Below are positions 51,714-64,000 of a stretch of 64,000 bases of DNA, one piece after another. A program made the translations under genes and the position numbers. The stretch's first letter is position 1. Every line of letters begins with the position of its first letter. Source of the stretch: Takakia lepidozioides (taxonomy: Eukaryota > Plantae > Bryophyta); contig CM060733.1 in the NCBI GenBank assembly GCA_030704615.1, positions 27,838,001-27,902,000 on the forward strand, read 5' to 3'. Below the pieces are notes generated by a model, which was given only the letters and a program-made list of their open reading frames with translations, had not been told where the DNA came from and ran no database searches.

Positions 51714-52396
51714 CCCTAGTTGAATAGCCGATTAGGCACTTGGCTGCCTAATAATCTTTTTGGGGGCCATTTGGCAGTTAGGCACTTTCCAGAAAAGTTT
51801 CTAAATTAGGCATAAATTTTGAAACTTAGGCAACTAAGAATAATGACCATAAAACAAGAACACAAAAATATAAACATAAAATGAAAACTCATGGCGGGGG
51901 GTGTTCCAGCTGCGGAGGTGAAGGTGATCACAAAGATATCCAAGATGGGTAGCTCTTGGGTTGTGGGAGGCTTGGTGTCATGTTGGATGTCATACAGAAA
52001 TGATTGTGTCTGGTTGTGAACAATGTTGCATTTTACGAATTTGAGCGCGTGTGTAAAGGAGAGGCTATGAGAACTAACTTTGCAAGTGACTTTTTGCCAC
52101 CTCTAATGATATCTTGGAAATCCATCTTGTTATTATGTACCCGACATCAGTTGATAGCAGAGATGTTTGGCAAATCTGTATATTGAAGACCAGGAGCTTC
52201 CTAATGTCAATGATAGTTCAGAATCGGAAGGAGAGCTTGAGGGATAGGAGGCAAACTATGATGGGGTAGTTGAGTCAATGCAAAGACCTACTGGGCTTAT
52301 CTGGAGCTAGTACAAGCATCAAATAGTATGAAGTAGAAGAAAATGGATATCATTTTTAGAAAATTAATTTCTGCCTAACAGGCTATCCCACTAGGG
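51714..52396. mobile_element. Non-autonomous TIR DNA element flanked by TA
   Basis: Left ccctagttgaatagccgattaggca vs rc of right ccctagtgggatagcctgttaggca; TA on both sides. Confidence 0.75.
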
Positions 52397-55300
52397 TAAT
52401 CTTGTTAGGGGCTGCCTATGTGCATGTTATCTATAAGACATTTCATTCACACATATTTATTCTTTTGTACTTGTTTTTGGGATAAACTTAGGATGGAGCC
52501 CTGAAAATATTGATAGGCAAGGAAAAAGAACCTGGCAAGAAACTTAATGAGATTTTTATGATCATTACTCATACTGGAGAGATATGACAAAGTATTTGAA
52601 AATGAAAGAATCCATGGAATCTTCAAGTCACCATACATAAGGTAACCTTTTTGTTTCCACAGTCGTAAAAGCACCGACATAAAAATTTGGCATTTTATGT
52701 GAATTGATGCTCATTCTTGGCCCCCCACGGACTCAGCTAGGACCTCAGCCTTGGGATAGATTCCACAAAGACAATTTGACAATTTGGCATCACCTATTTT
52801 CCAGAATTTTTAAGCTTTGCCCTATTCACCTGGCCAGAATTCTCAAATTTGAAAAAACACTAGGCAGGAATTTCATTGAAGAAGGTGAGGTCTTAGATCA
52901 AAGAGGGAATTTAGCTCAATCCATGAAGAGTTTGCCTTTGGCGTTCTCGGAAGTGCGACCGTTGAGAATGCATGAACCCATCTACAAAACTTTTTTCATC
53001 AATAAAAAAGATTATTGTTCCCAAAATAAAAAGACCAATGGAACCTTATCCAAGACCTTCATAAGGCCATTGCTAACCCAACTGCCCTGTTAAAAGTTAG
53101 AGATACCAGGCTACATCTTCTCACTCAATGCACACACCCTATCTTCACAACCTCCCTCTATCATCCACAACCAAGTTGGTTGTCACTTGTCAAATACGCT
53201 AGTGACTACATGGTCATGCACACGGTATATTTAGATTGTTCACCCTCATCGATGCAAGCATCTTCGAAGTCAAATCATCGACCACACCACACCACACCAC
53301 CCCACCTTGGATCCAACGAACGGGGAGAACCGGCAGCCAGTTACATGTTAGCCAAGTGGTTTCCAGGAATTTCCGAGTGATAATTGAAACCTTAGGAAAT
53401 GTACCAAGGAAATTGATGTAGGAAATTGACCGATCACAGTTACCACTAAGGGGAAGCAACCACCTCCCCAACCCACCTAGGCGGTTGGTTCTCGGAATGA
53501 GGGGCCGCCAGGAACCAACTTGGGTATTGGTATCATGTGAGCATAACCCACAGTCGTGGGAGTTTTGTGTTTTTTTAACCTCGGTCATAAGAGTTATACA
53601 TTGTTTTCAAAACCGAATAAAACCATAAGCATGTATAGAGGACTCGTGCATTTGTACGATACATCTACGCCAATTTGGCGAGGCGAACCCTGCAGTAGTG
53701 TAGCCAGAAATCCTAAACCTATAACGGCGGCGTCAAATTTTGCATTGAGAAATATCTAGTGATATGGGCACAAACCTAAGCAACAGTGGGTTTCGCGTTG
53801 GAAACCGTTAGTGTTATAGCTTGAATCGAAACTATACGAAATCCCATCACCCAATAATCCCACATCCAAAAGGGATGGGTGGGGACTTTAAAGTGACATA
53901 TTCATCCTTTCAGCTACAGTATGAATTCTTCTCAGGCTGGTTGGGTACAAAGTTTTGTTGTGCAAAATTATCCATGGGCCGTCTTCAATTTGAGGTGAAG
54001 CATCACCACCCGCTCTTGCGTCTATTATGGAGAAAAAGTCACTCCTATAGGGTAACATGTTTATTAGGTATAGGTGCTACTTGTTCTTTATGTGTTAGTT
54101 TCGTATAATTGTTAGTCTCGCCAATTTTGTTTCGTTTGAAATATTCCACAGGTATCGCAGAAATTCGGGGATTATGCCCTTGGGCTCACGCACTACCCAA
54201 CCTCATTCAACTCAAATTATTTCACGAACTCGGCCGGATCTTTCCGGGCAGTTGACACCCACACCCCTATAGGTAAGTTAGGGCTCCAACATACAGAAAG
54301 GCCAACACGCGGGCCCTTTTCTATTATTCCACAATTGTGTCAATGTCCGGCATAGGTATGCGCAATGGTGTCTAGACATGTGTTCTTCGTAAACCCTGGC
54401 ACATCTTGATCTAACAGATTTGCCACGCTTTGATGTTGGAAAAGTGGGTTTTTATATGTGATGATTTTACTAAGGTGGGAAATGGAATTGGGTGAGGTGA
54501 CCTTAGTCAAAGGCCTACTACACCTCCTCCCACCAAGTGTAAAGATCGGCCAGAGGATTTCTTAGTTAGAGAGGATGGCACCTTATGGGGAGGGATTTTT
54601 CTACGAGGTGAAGGTTGGCACCTTCCCTTGCGAAAGATTCCTGCTCTTGTGAGCCTTCCGATCAAGGAAATCGTAGCCATCAGAATATGAAATCCTAGTT
54701 GCTCTTTCTTTAGGCAGGGTGCGGCCCGACACGAGGTGGTAAGGCCCCGCACTTTGGGCCTCATCCTATGTACTGGAAGAGAAAAATAGACCCCACTATA
54801 TTTCTCGCCCTAGGACACGGATGGAATGTCGGCCCAACGCTGTTATTAGCGCTGGTGTTAGAGGCAGCATTCACACTATAACAGTCTTGACTCAGCTCAG
54901 AGCTATATTATGTTCTCTCCAAGACAACCAAGTTGTAACCCACTTGGAATGGGCAGAAACCACCTCGGAAGTGGTTGTGGGTTCAATCCACCGATTGGTG
55001 TCACAAAGGTGTCCACTTTTCTGCTGTAAGGGAGTAGCCCTTGGGGTCAGGAGACACCATAGTTTACATTTCCTTGGGGAGGCGTCATATATTATATTAT
55101 TAACTTCTCTCCCAACAATTGTTATGAACAAATGGAAATTGGAAAATAACCAACCCACCCGTCTACCCCCCTCTTGATAGGGCCCATCGTTGAAAGGAAG
55201 TAGTAGCACCAAGGCAAAAAAAACTATTATTTGGGCCGGCTGTGGGCAAAGTCTTCTCTCTCTTAAGGCCACAAAGAGCCCACTTTAAGCCAAACAAGGA

Positions 55301-55449
55301 GAAGCAAATAAAAACTTTGGATTCAAATTGACTTCTTATAGTGCTCAATTTGCTTTACTATTTCCACTTCTTCTTGGTATGCTTCAAAAAGAGGTTGTCC
55401 ATCTCCTGTCAACTGGAAGGGATTACAACTATTTCATAAGATAGGTGAC

Positions 55450-55850
55450 CAGTGTTGGGCGGTTAACCGCTGGTTCCGGTTCTGGTTATATGGAACCGGA
55501 CCGGAATCTGACCCAGTCCTGCAGAACTGGACCCGGAACCGGACCGGGGAATGCAGAACCAGAACCGGAACCGGCGGTTCCTTCCAGGAGTCACATGTGG
55601 GAAAACCGGCAAGAGGGGTTCTTCTTCTTGGATCCTCCAAAAACCCCTTGGTGGGCCCATGGCATAAGATGGCGTAACCCCTCATATTTGTGGAAACCTG
55701 GTGGCCCATGGCAAAACTTCTTTAACTCTCTCAAGCTTGATGACATCCTAGGTTCAATCCTGGAGCTCCATGAGATCTTGGGTTTAAGCTTCAGCTCCAT
55801 GAGATCTTGGGTTCAACCTTTCAGCTCCCGGTGAGAGTCCTGGGTTCACT
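55450..55850 (+). mobile_element. Probable hAT-type transposon end with AACCGG subterminal repeats
   Basis: Starts CAGTGTT, followed by a dense aaccgg/ccggtt cluster at 55460-55610 and ~29 bp tandem units at 55765-55850. The second end was not located. Confidence 0.5.
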
Positions 55851-56943
55851 AATCAAATTGCTAGTATATGCCGATACATCAAGATAGCTCAATTATATTA
55901 ATAACTTCAAGCCACATAAATTTATCTATTTTCTCTTAAAGGTTTTTCAGTCTATTTTTGTTTCAATGAAAACTAACAAAATCCCTAAATTTTAGTTGAA
56001 TATGTTACCAACTAATTTTCCACTTACTGATATTTTTTTATTTTTTTTATTTTTTCGTACCTTCTTCGAGGCTCCAAGAAACGTAGCGCGCCAGAGCCCA
56101 TGAGGACTTAGTCATTTTCCTGCCCTCTCTAATGTTCCCGCCAACTAGCTAGAAATAGCTGACAGCTAGCAAGAAACGATGGGTAGTGGACCTATAGTAA
56201 AATATCGTATCCACCGCTTTAGACATGGCCAAATATAGCAAGGGTAACAGCCATAGCTGCAAACTACGTACAGCACCACAGTGCGAGCTCGGCGCTCAAG
56301 ACCTAAGCGAGACCGTGATAAGAGAGTACAGTGTAGCACAAGGAGAAGGGAGAGGTGCGGCCAGGGAGCACATCGGCACGAGAAACAGACAAGCACACAA
56401 CAAGATCCAGGATGTGGAAAGGCTATCCACTCTACCTCGATGCGTTTCCGAGATAAGGCTATGTATCATCACAAACAAGGCTCTACAGGGGCAGCAAAGT
56501 GCGAAGAAGATGACACGAAGTCAGACAGGCAAACAATTCACGATGCTTAGGAGTAAAAAATGTAATGCAAGGTTGATTTGGGCTATCTGGTGCGCCCCCC
56601 TGTTACTGATGATTGTCTACGGAGGAACAAAGCATCCAGATACATGAGGAGCGCTCCCGTATACCGGATGCAGACAGGAAAACACAAGCGCCGCTCCAGA
56701 ATACAGCACGACAGCCGGAATGGAGCGAAAGACGGGGCAGCACATAGCAACGCACCTATACATAGATAAGTTCTCTATCTTAACAAAAGCAAGGCATGTC
56801 AATCAGCAGGTTGAAAGCAAGACATGTGGGGGAAAGATAGGGATCCCTCCTGGGATCCCCAACGTATTCAGAGTGTCGATCACGGGTGGGTCTGGCCGGA
56901 TCTGGTGTCAAGGCAGGAGGATGCAGTAAGTGCCAGTAGAGAT

Positions 56944-59900
56944 ATGGAGGAGCGGCTCTATATAAAGGAGACAGCCTGCATTTTCAACATCATCATTGAA
57001 TGTGGCTACAAACAGAATGAGGTTTCTCAAGACCTGGATTTCTTAGAAGCAATGCAGAGGAGCAAGTTGGAGCAATTGACACTCTCTGTCGACCCTTTTA
57101 TCCGCAAGTTTGCTCGCTGGACCATACTCAAATAAGCATGGGTGATGAACGCGGCTATCAGCAGGATGGTAATGCAACTAGATGTGGGGAACTACTACTT
57201 TCTTGTCCACGATTATATCAAGCTAGGCGACCTGGTGAAGACATCTAGCTTGGCCGTAGAAATGAAGGAACTTAATGCGGATCCCAATAGTCATCAGAGG
57301 TTGCTGTGGCGAAAATGGGATAAAGTATGGCTCTGGACCTGCTCAACTAGAATCTATAAGGAGCAACCGTGTGCAAGGGAACTCGACCTAACAATGCTCT
57401 TCTCTAGCTCGAATGAAGCGAAAGTCAAGATACCAGCCGATATGGGTATGATCGCAGCAGCACTGGTCGCAGCTACCACCCCAGACACCTCAAGAGCTGC
57501 TCCTGGCAACCGAGGCTATGCGCAAAATGAGTTTTCAAACGTTGAGGTTGATGTGGCACTGGGAAAGGCTGCGAATGAGGCAGGTTACTTGACGATGAAG
57601 CCAGCTGAACGAATCAAACCTGCTGAAGATAGAGAAGCCACTGAAGTTGTTCTTACAGGGAACGATGGTGGTCAAGACCTAGAAGAGGATATGGAGGAAG
57701 GAGGGAGTGACCAAGCCACAACAAGTTCAATAAGTGGGGAAAACACAACTGCACTCAAGACCTCCCTAAAAGCCCAAACTCAAGCACAAGACCAGCAGAA
57801 CACCCGACAATACCACTCTACTCCAGAGAAACAAGTCCCTCACGCGGACGTCCAACACTGGGATATAAGAATGCAGCTGCAACTATTCACCCATGAACAA
57901 TCCACTATGTTCTGCTGCAGATAAGTCTACTGCTAAGTTTGACAGCTTTCCACTCCTAGCATCTCTATCTATTCTCAAAGAGACTATCAATATTGATCAC
58001 TCGCATGCCGAAACCGTGCATGTATTTGCCAAGGAAGCTCACAGAGATATCTATTGTGGAGATTTTTGTACCCTGTTAGCACCAAACGTTGCCTTGCTAG
58101 ATGCCATAGAATCTTACCTCACATTGTGCTGCCATCTGTGTTAGATGAAATGCCTAAAAGCGTTCAAATTGCGCAAGCCCGAATCGAGACAGATAAGTGT
58201 TTGAACTCCCTGGGTATCAAAACGATGCATCCGGCTATGCGAAAACTGATAATGTTCACAAAGAAGGTACGGCTCTCAACTTGGATTCAACGGCAATGTA
58301 GTACCACATGCCTAGATTACACTCAAAAAATTCAGCCATACAGTGTGTTAGGCATGGATAATGTAATCTCCTCGCACACTGAGAATGCAAGCCTACCTCT
58401 TGCGCCTTTGTAAGCTCGCTAACTCTGTGCAATGAAGGACAGGTACGGAAACCACTAGCTCCGCGGGATCCTCAAGGCTACAACTTCACTGCAAGAATGC
58501 ATGCCCACGTCACCAATACAACCCAGTGCTATAAATCAAGATCAAAATCACTGGCTCACAACCGGTTGACACAGCTGCCTGATTTTAAAGCCAGGTGCGT
58601 AATTAAATTCGGGTACTCTCAATTCCAAGCCCACAAACATCTCTTGCCAAAGCATGTTGCCAACCTACGTGCCAAAAAGTACGGGGCTGCTGTTTTGCAA
58701 CAAGGATGAGATGTACATACAGCACGGTCTCAACATCATGGGTACAGTGCTACATTGCTCTGGCACTTGGATACAGATCATGTCAGAGCACCCCCTGGTC
58801 CATTGCGGGGTTATGCTTCAAGATCATGTGTTACTAAATTGAGTGCTAAATCTATGGCCTTACCATCCCATGCCTCAAAATTGTTTGATACTGGTGCTAC
58901 CCCATTACTTCCTGATCTGGTGTTTAGTGATGAATGGGATGCTCCTACAATCTCAGATGCAAAGATATGGGATAATCATTGTGCTCGAAAATTCTCTGCC
59001 TCAAAGCTATGTGTCAACTGGTATATTGATAAACGCCAACATGCTCCTGAAATATACGATAATAAGCAGGCAATGTGGTTTGGAGATATGAACATAGTGC
59101 AAGCTAAGAGACATGGATCTCAGATTAGGAGAGGCTGGTTGCTCCCCTACTGGTATGCCAAGTCTCATGTTAACTCATGGGCGCGGGCAATGTGGGCAAT
59201 GTGGTCTGGAGATGTGAACATATTGCAAGCTAAGAGATATGGATCTCAGATTAGGAGAGGTTGGCTGCTCACCAACTGGTATGCCGAGTCTTATGCTAAC
59301 CCTTGTGTGCAGGCAATGTGGGCAATGTGGCCTAGAAATATGAACATACTGCTAGATAAGAGACTTGGATCTCATATTATGAGAGGCTGGCTGCTCACCA
59401 ACTGGTATGCCGAGTCTCATGCTAACTCTTATATGCAAAAGATACACCTAGGCTGCTGTCTTGTTCCAGGGCTGGGTATCCATAGCTATGTCCTAACAAC
59501 TCGGATACCAAAAAACAGTGCCCAATACTATGCCCCAACACTCTCCAACAACTTCCATCTTGATCTGACACTCTCTAAAGGTGTTATGTCTTGGCATCCG
59601 CTAATCTGCTGCCATGCTACGCTAAAATACTCTGCATTGCCAAATGGTACGCAAAAAATGATGCCCTAACATTATGTGCTGATCCAAAGCTGCCTGATGA
59701 GGATCATATCCCATCTCTCTCTGATAATAAGTTAAAGGAGATGTGGGCTCATTTAACGGCTCATTTAACACCCTCTGCTGAACGGTTATGGGCTTATCAT
59801 TATGCCAGAAACATCTTTGTCCCAAAGATATGCACTAGCTGGTATGCCTCAACACAAAACGAGCATCAACATGCCCTTAAAACATGTAGTCATAAGTGGT

Positions 59901-60229
59901 TAAAGGGATCCAAGCATATGGCACAAAATTTGCACAGCTTCCAGACACATGCAAACGCTTCTCTTGGCAAGCTGCCAGAATACTTGGGGCCTGTTCTTCC
60001 CTTGGATAACCAAATTGCCACAATCACTAACCTTGCCAAGGCATCAGGAGAATCGAACTACGAAATGGTGCCGCTCGACTACCAGCTCCCTGATGCCAGT
60101 GCCGGTGGCTCAGTATTACCACACGAGATAGGGGGGCCCAACACTTTCTCTACTGTTGGACAGCCAACAATGGAAGTACAAATGCACACTATGACCAATG
60201 GCCAGCTAGCACAAACACCACATGAGTAA
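56944..60229 (+). pseudogene. Long decayed intronless reading frame of unknown product, probably TE- or virus-borne
   Basis: Chain of same-strand overlapping ORFs; ATG 56944 reads across a single TAA (57133-57135) in frame to 57924. No motif recognised. Confidence 0.45.
59068..59445 (+). repeat. Three 126-bp (42-aa) Trp-rich tandem repeats
   Basis: AMW.GD.NI.QAKR.GSQIRRGWLL.NWYA.S..N three times, in frame. Confidence 0.9.
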
Positions 60230-60429
60230 ACACCGCACAGAAAGCCGGTATGCCTATATGCTAGAAGTTTGTAGCAGACTACATTGTAGTGTGAATTTAT
60301 TTGGAAGGTACTCCTACCTTGTAAGACTCATTTTGGTCATATTTATTTTTTCTACATTACAAAGTGTCTCGAAAGACTCACAGACGCCCAACAGCATATG
60401 GGCCAGTACCAATGCTCAATCTACAAGAC

Positions 60430-63150
60430 ATCTATTGTATTTGCCTGGTGGTGCTTCGCGTTGCATGGAAACCTTCTTGTGGGTCACTTAGAATACGGTG
60501 TTGTTCACCATAGGTGGATAACATTGTAGTTAAAGTGCTGGTGAATAATTTGTATATAGCGTTTACGAGGGCGATGGGCCTGTAGTTACTGAGGTCTGTG
60601 GGGCCACCTTTTTTGAATAATAGAATGGTCTGTCTATGCTTCTAGGAGTGTGGAATACGATGTAATTGGTAGCTACGGAAAAATTTAAAGAGAAGGTCAT
60701 GGAATGGAGGGTCAAGTGCTTGGAGTATGCCGTTAGGGATGAGGTCCGGGCTAGGGGCCTTAGCTTTGGATAGGGTTTTAAGGCATGAGTCATATAAGTC
60801 TTTTGTGAAGAGGTTCAGGATACGGTCAGTTGGAGGGCCTCGCTTTTCCAGGGAGAAGCCGTCTAGATCATGCCAAGGATAATGTTTGACTTTGCATAGG
60901 TAAGTGGGCGCGTGTTGGCTTGGGTGTAGACAGTTGGTGACAGTTGATGTGTAGGAGGACGATGCTTGCAACCAGATTTCGTTCTTAATGTCATCGGGTT
61001 TGGTTAACATGTGGCCTTGTCTATGTTTAAGACAATCAATGGGGGGGTTATTCGCAGGATTGAAGATGGCTTTGTGGGCTCTTTTAGGGTGTTCATGTAA
61101 TAGTTTGCCAAAGGAGGCAATAAATTTTTTGTGATTGGCAGTGGCTTTTTGTTTTGTGATAATATATGCAGCTTTTTTTGCATCTCAACCGATCTTGGAG
61201 ACGGATGTTGTCCATTGGGGAAGAGACGTTGAGTCCTCAGGTGGGCGCATAAGTGATTGGCATACAATTAAGGTGTTTAAACAGGTTATGCGGCGGTCAG
61301 TTCTCCAGTTGTTATATGACGGGGACGAAGAGGGGGGTATAACGGCGAGAGCTCGTCGTATGGTATGGTAGATGTTAAGGTGGGAGGTCCATTCACGTTT
61401 CTGCGTCCTAGTGAGGTAGCCCCCATTTTGCTTTGAGCGAGTGGTTTGGGGAAAATCTGGGGGGACTGAGCATGTGACTCGGACACTTTCAGTCATTTCT
61501 AGTACCGTAGAGGTAAGTGTGATTTCGGCTTCGGCCCAGGCGGCCTCAGGGGATAAAAGTATATTAGTGTTGGAGAGTGTATGGGAGATTTTGTGTATGA
61601 AGGTAGAGGAGGCTGAGTGAAAATGGCTCTCAAACGCCTTGATGTTGCATTGGGGAATGGGTAAGAGAATTATGGGTGAGGGGGCGGGGTATGTACATCG
61701 GGAATGGGACGGCATGGTATAAGGGATGGGGGGAGGGAAATAGAAACCGGGTAATGGTCCGAGTTGCATATACTATTGATATGAACGTGGCTTTGAAGGT
61801 ACGTTGGGATTACATTACCTGTTCTGAGGTAGAAGCCATCAAGTAGGCTTAAAGATGAGTAATGAAGACCCATGTCTGGAATAGTGATAGTCGGCGGGGA
61901 TATATTTAAGTTTTAGGAGTTGGGTGAATGTAGCCCATTCGTGATCCACAGAGGAGGGGGGTTTGTGGGTTCTGTTATATGAGTGACCCGACAATGTAAT
62001 ATCTCTGTTAAAGTCACCAGCTAGGATGATGTGGTGGTGTTGGTAATCTGGATGATTAATTGTGTGGGTGATAGTGTGTAGTATGTCAGGTATGAGGGGG
62101 AGGTGGCCTGTATGAGAAGGCATATATAAGTGTATGAGAGTGATGGGGCATAGTGCCGGTGGGTGTAGCTGGATTATTTGAAGGTGGGATCGGATGGGGA
62201 TAGGGACGGTTATCTTGGTAGTAGTGCTGGGAGAGTGGTGTGTACGAAGGATGTTGGTAGTAAGGGAGCCCACGTTCCATGAAGTGATAGTAAGTGCCTT
62301 GAAGCAAGCCTCTGGGGTGGTGGGAGTGTGGTGTGGGGGTGGGGGGGGGGTGGGCAGGTGAGGGCTCCTCAGTATGGGATCTAACAGTTGGGGATCATAG
62401 CCGGGTATCGGGGTAACTGCGTTAAGTGTGGCGGCCAGGATATCCGTGGAGAGGAAGGGGAATTTGTTAATGAGCTAGTGGTCTTGGTCGGGTGTGGTGA
62501 CCGTTGCTAGGTGGTCCCCTAGGATATTATGTACAACCCCGGTTTGAGAGTCTAAACGTTTGAGGGAGTTCTGGATCTCGGATAAGCAGTGGGGGGGGGG
62601 CCAAATATTGGTGGGGACACGAAGGTAGCTCTTTTAATTGACGTAGGGGGGATCTGACTTGGGAGATTGAGTGTAAGTAAAGATATCCATTACATATTTC
62701 TGGGAGAGGGGAGATGATGACGACAAGGGAGAAAATGAGCTGTGATGCGGTAAAAATGGCCTGGAGAAAATACCGGAAATGGGTTGGTTGGGAAATCTTT
62801 TTGGAGTACCTTAACGGCCATCTTACTAGGGTAGGGATTGACATGGGTAGTGGCACATTATAAAGGTGTGGATAGCATGAGTCAGCATAGGCTGGGTATG
62901 GGAGGTAAAATAAAATTGGAGTAGCGGTTTGGCCGGTAGAGCATAATATTGTATAGAGGGAGTGTTCATATGGGGTATAGTGTACATATGGCGTATTGTA
63001 TGAAGGTACCATAATTGAGATGTGGGTTGGGTTGGGGTTTTCAAAGTGGATACTGGATGTAAATTAGGCGTCCGGTGCGGATGAATGATCACGGATGAAG
63101 GATCAAGTGGATTATGGATCAAGTGACGGTTAAGTATTGCCACATGGCGA
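60430..63150 (-). mobile_element. Decayed LINE: N-terminal extension, APE endonuclease and start of RT (3'-truncated)
   Basis: LTITSWNVGSL, LIHLYMP, IILAGDFN, DGFYL, SDHYPV; KAPSPDLIPN; NYRPIALVNAIYKLFTS...ILSDPQEGF. Confidence 0.85.
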
Positions 63151-63689
63151 GAGCGGGAGGGTCTGGTTGAGGTTAGTTTCCATATAAAAAGTTAGTTGTG
63201 GCGCTAGGTTTTTTTTTTCCCCGGGCCAAATCGACTTTTATGGACCTCATGCATTGTGATATGCCATTCGGCAGTCCGGAATGCAATTTCCATTTGTCAT
63301 AGTTCAGAGCTTGGGTGGGGTCTTCAGGGTTTTATTTTTCTAATATATGGTGTCTTGCCCCGAGGAGTCCGGCTTCCCTGTGGCTGGGTTGGCGGCATTA
63401 CGGGAGTGTGGAAAGTCACTACAGCTTAAACTGAACCGTTTAGCTTGTGTCGTAGCTCCAGTTCCTTCGGCTAGTGTCACATGAGCTTCAACTCGTAGTT
63501 CCAATCTAATGGGCAGGGGAGCTTTTCTAAGTAGGTCGCACATTGGTGGTGTGCACGAGTGCAGGGAGGCCTCATGGTGTTGGTGTTGGCAACTCGACAT
63601 ACATTTACACTGCCCATACTCTCCCCTAGTAAGTTTCGATTTTGCTTACGCCATTGTTTGCCTACCAGCGGTTGTGTTAGGGTGACATT

Positions 63690-63990
63690 TGGTACAACTG
63701 CAGCAGAATCTTCAAGCATCGTATTCCACGACACCGTATCTCGTTCAACCATAGCATCAAACACTCCCTTTGCATCCTCAATGCACCCACATTTTGTATA
63801 CATGTCCACCAGGATATTGTTCAAAATGACAGTTGGTACAATTCCAGCTCTGAAAATGTCACCATGGACCTCTATGCCCTTTTCCAGATCTGCCAGGGCA
63901 ATGTGCAGAATGACATTTGGAACAACTACGGCTTTGATGATGTCATCAGGTATAGCTTTGTGGGTGTAAAATATATCAAAATATGGTGTT
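63690..63990 (-). pseudogene. PLS-PPR fragment
   Basis: [35 protein letters not shown], with internal deletions on both sides; may continue beyond the window. Confidence 0.8.
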
Positions 63991-64000
63991 TGAGTGTTGG

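Noticed and set aside
59068-59445. CRISPR-like array (also considered 16165-16410 and 55765-55850)
   Set aside because: Contiguous tandem units without unique spacers, no cas genes, eukaryotic context.
62325-62360. G-quadruplex-like G runs (also 3684-3702)
   Set aside because: Explained by the Pro-rich LINE linker or simple intronic repeat; no independent support.

Overview
Eukaryotic nuclear DNA from a land plant, most likely a PPR-rich non-seed lineage with flagellated sperm. This is inferred from spliceosomal introns, a DNAAF5/HEATR2 gene, PLS-class PPRs and chromovirus remnants. Recognisable genes: two PLS-class PPR genes (+ ~2331/3768-6944; - 27584-30286), a 15-exon DNAAF5-like HEAT gene (16665-26822), a Tim17/OEP16-4-like gene, OEP21 head-to-head with MRL7/RCB-NCP, a decayed LRR receptor-like protein, a PyrD 3' fragment and a PPR fragment. 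Transposon debris includes an L1-type LINE carrying nested LTR elements with perfect TSDs, a (CATTT)n-tailed RTE-like LINE family, a TA-flanked TIR element, a second APE-RT LINE and a long decayed ORF of unknown function. The main finding is that both PLS-PPR genes have, in upstream exons largely missed by the ORF track, 'PDF' motifs of the plant organellar ssDNA-binding OSB proteins (W..F.NP..WWD.R..K / NP..PDF.HK.T.EALW....P.WV..QL). In the first gene they splice in frame onto the PPR array. This suggests a PDF(ssDNA-binding)-PLS-PPR fusion family that I do not recognise as a described architecture. Both copies carry lesions (stops or frameshifts in 5' exons and in the E domain, no DYW), so function of these particular copies is unproven. 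All calls come from manual reading; no searches were run.
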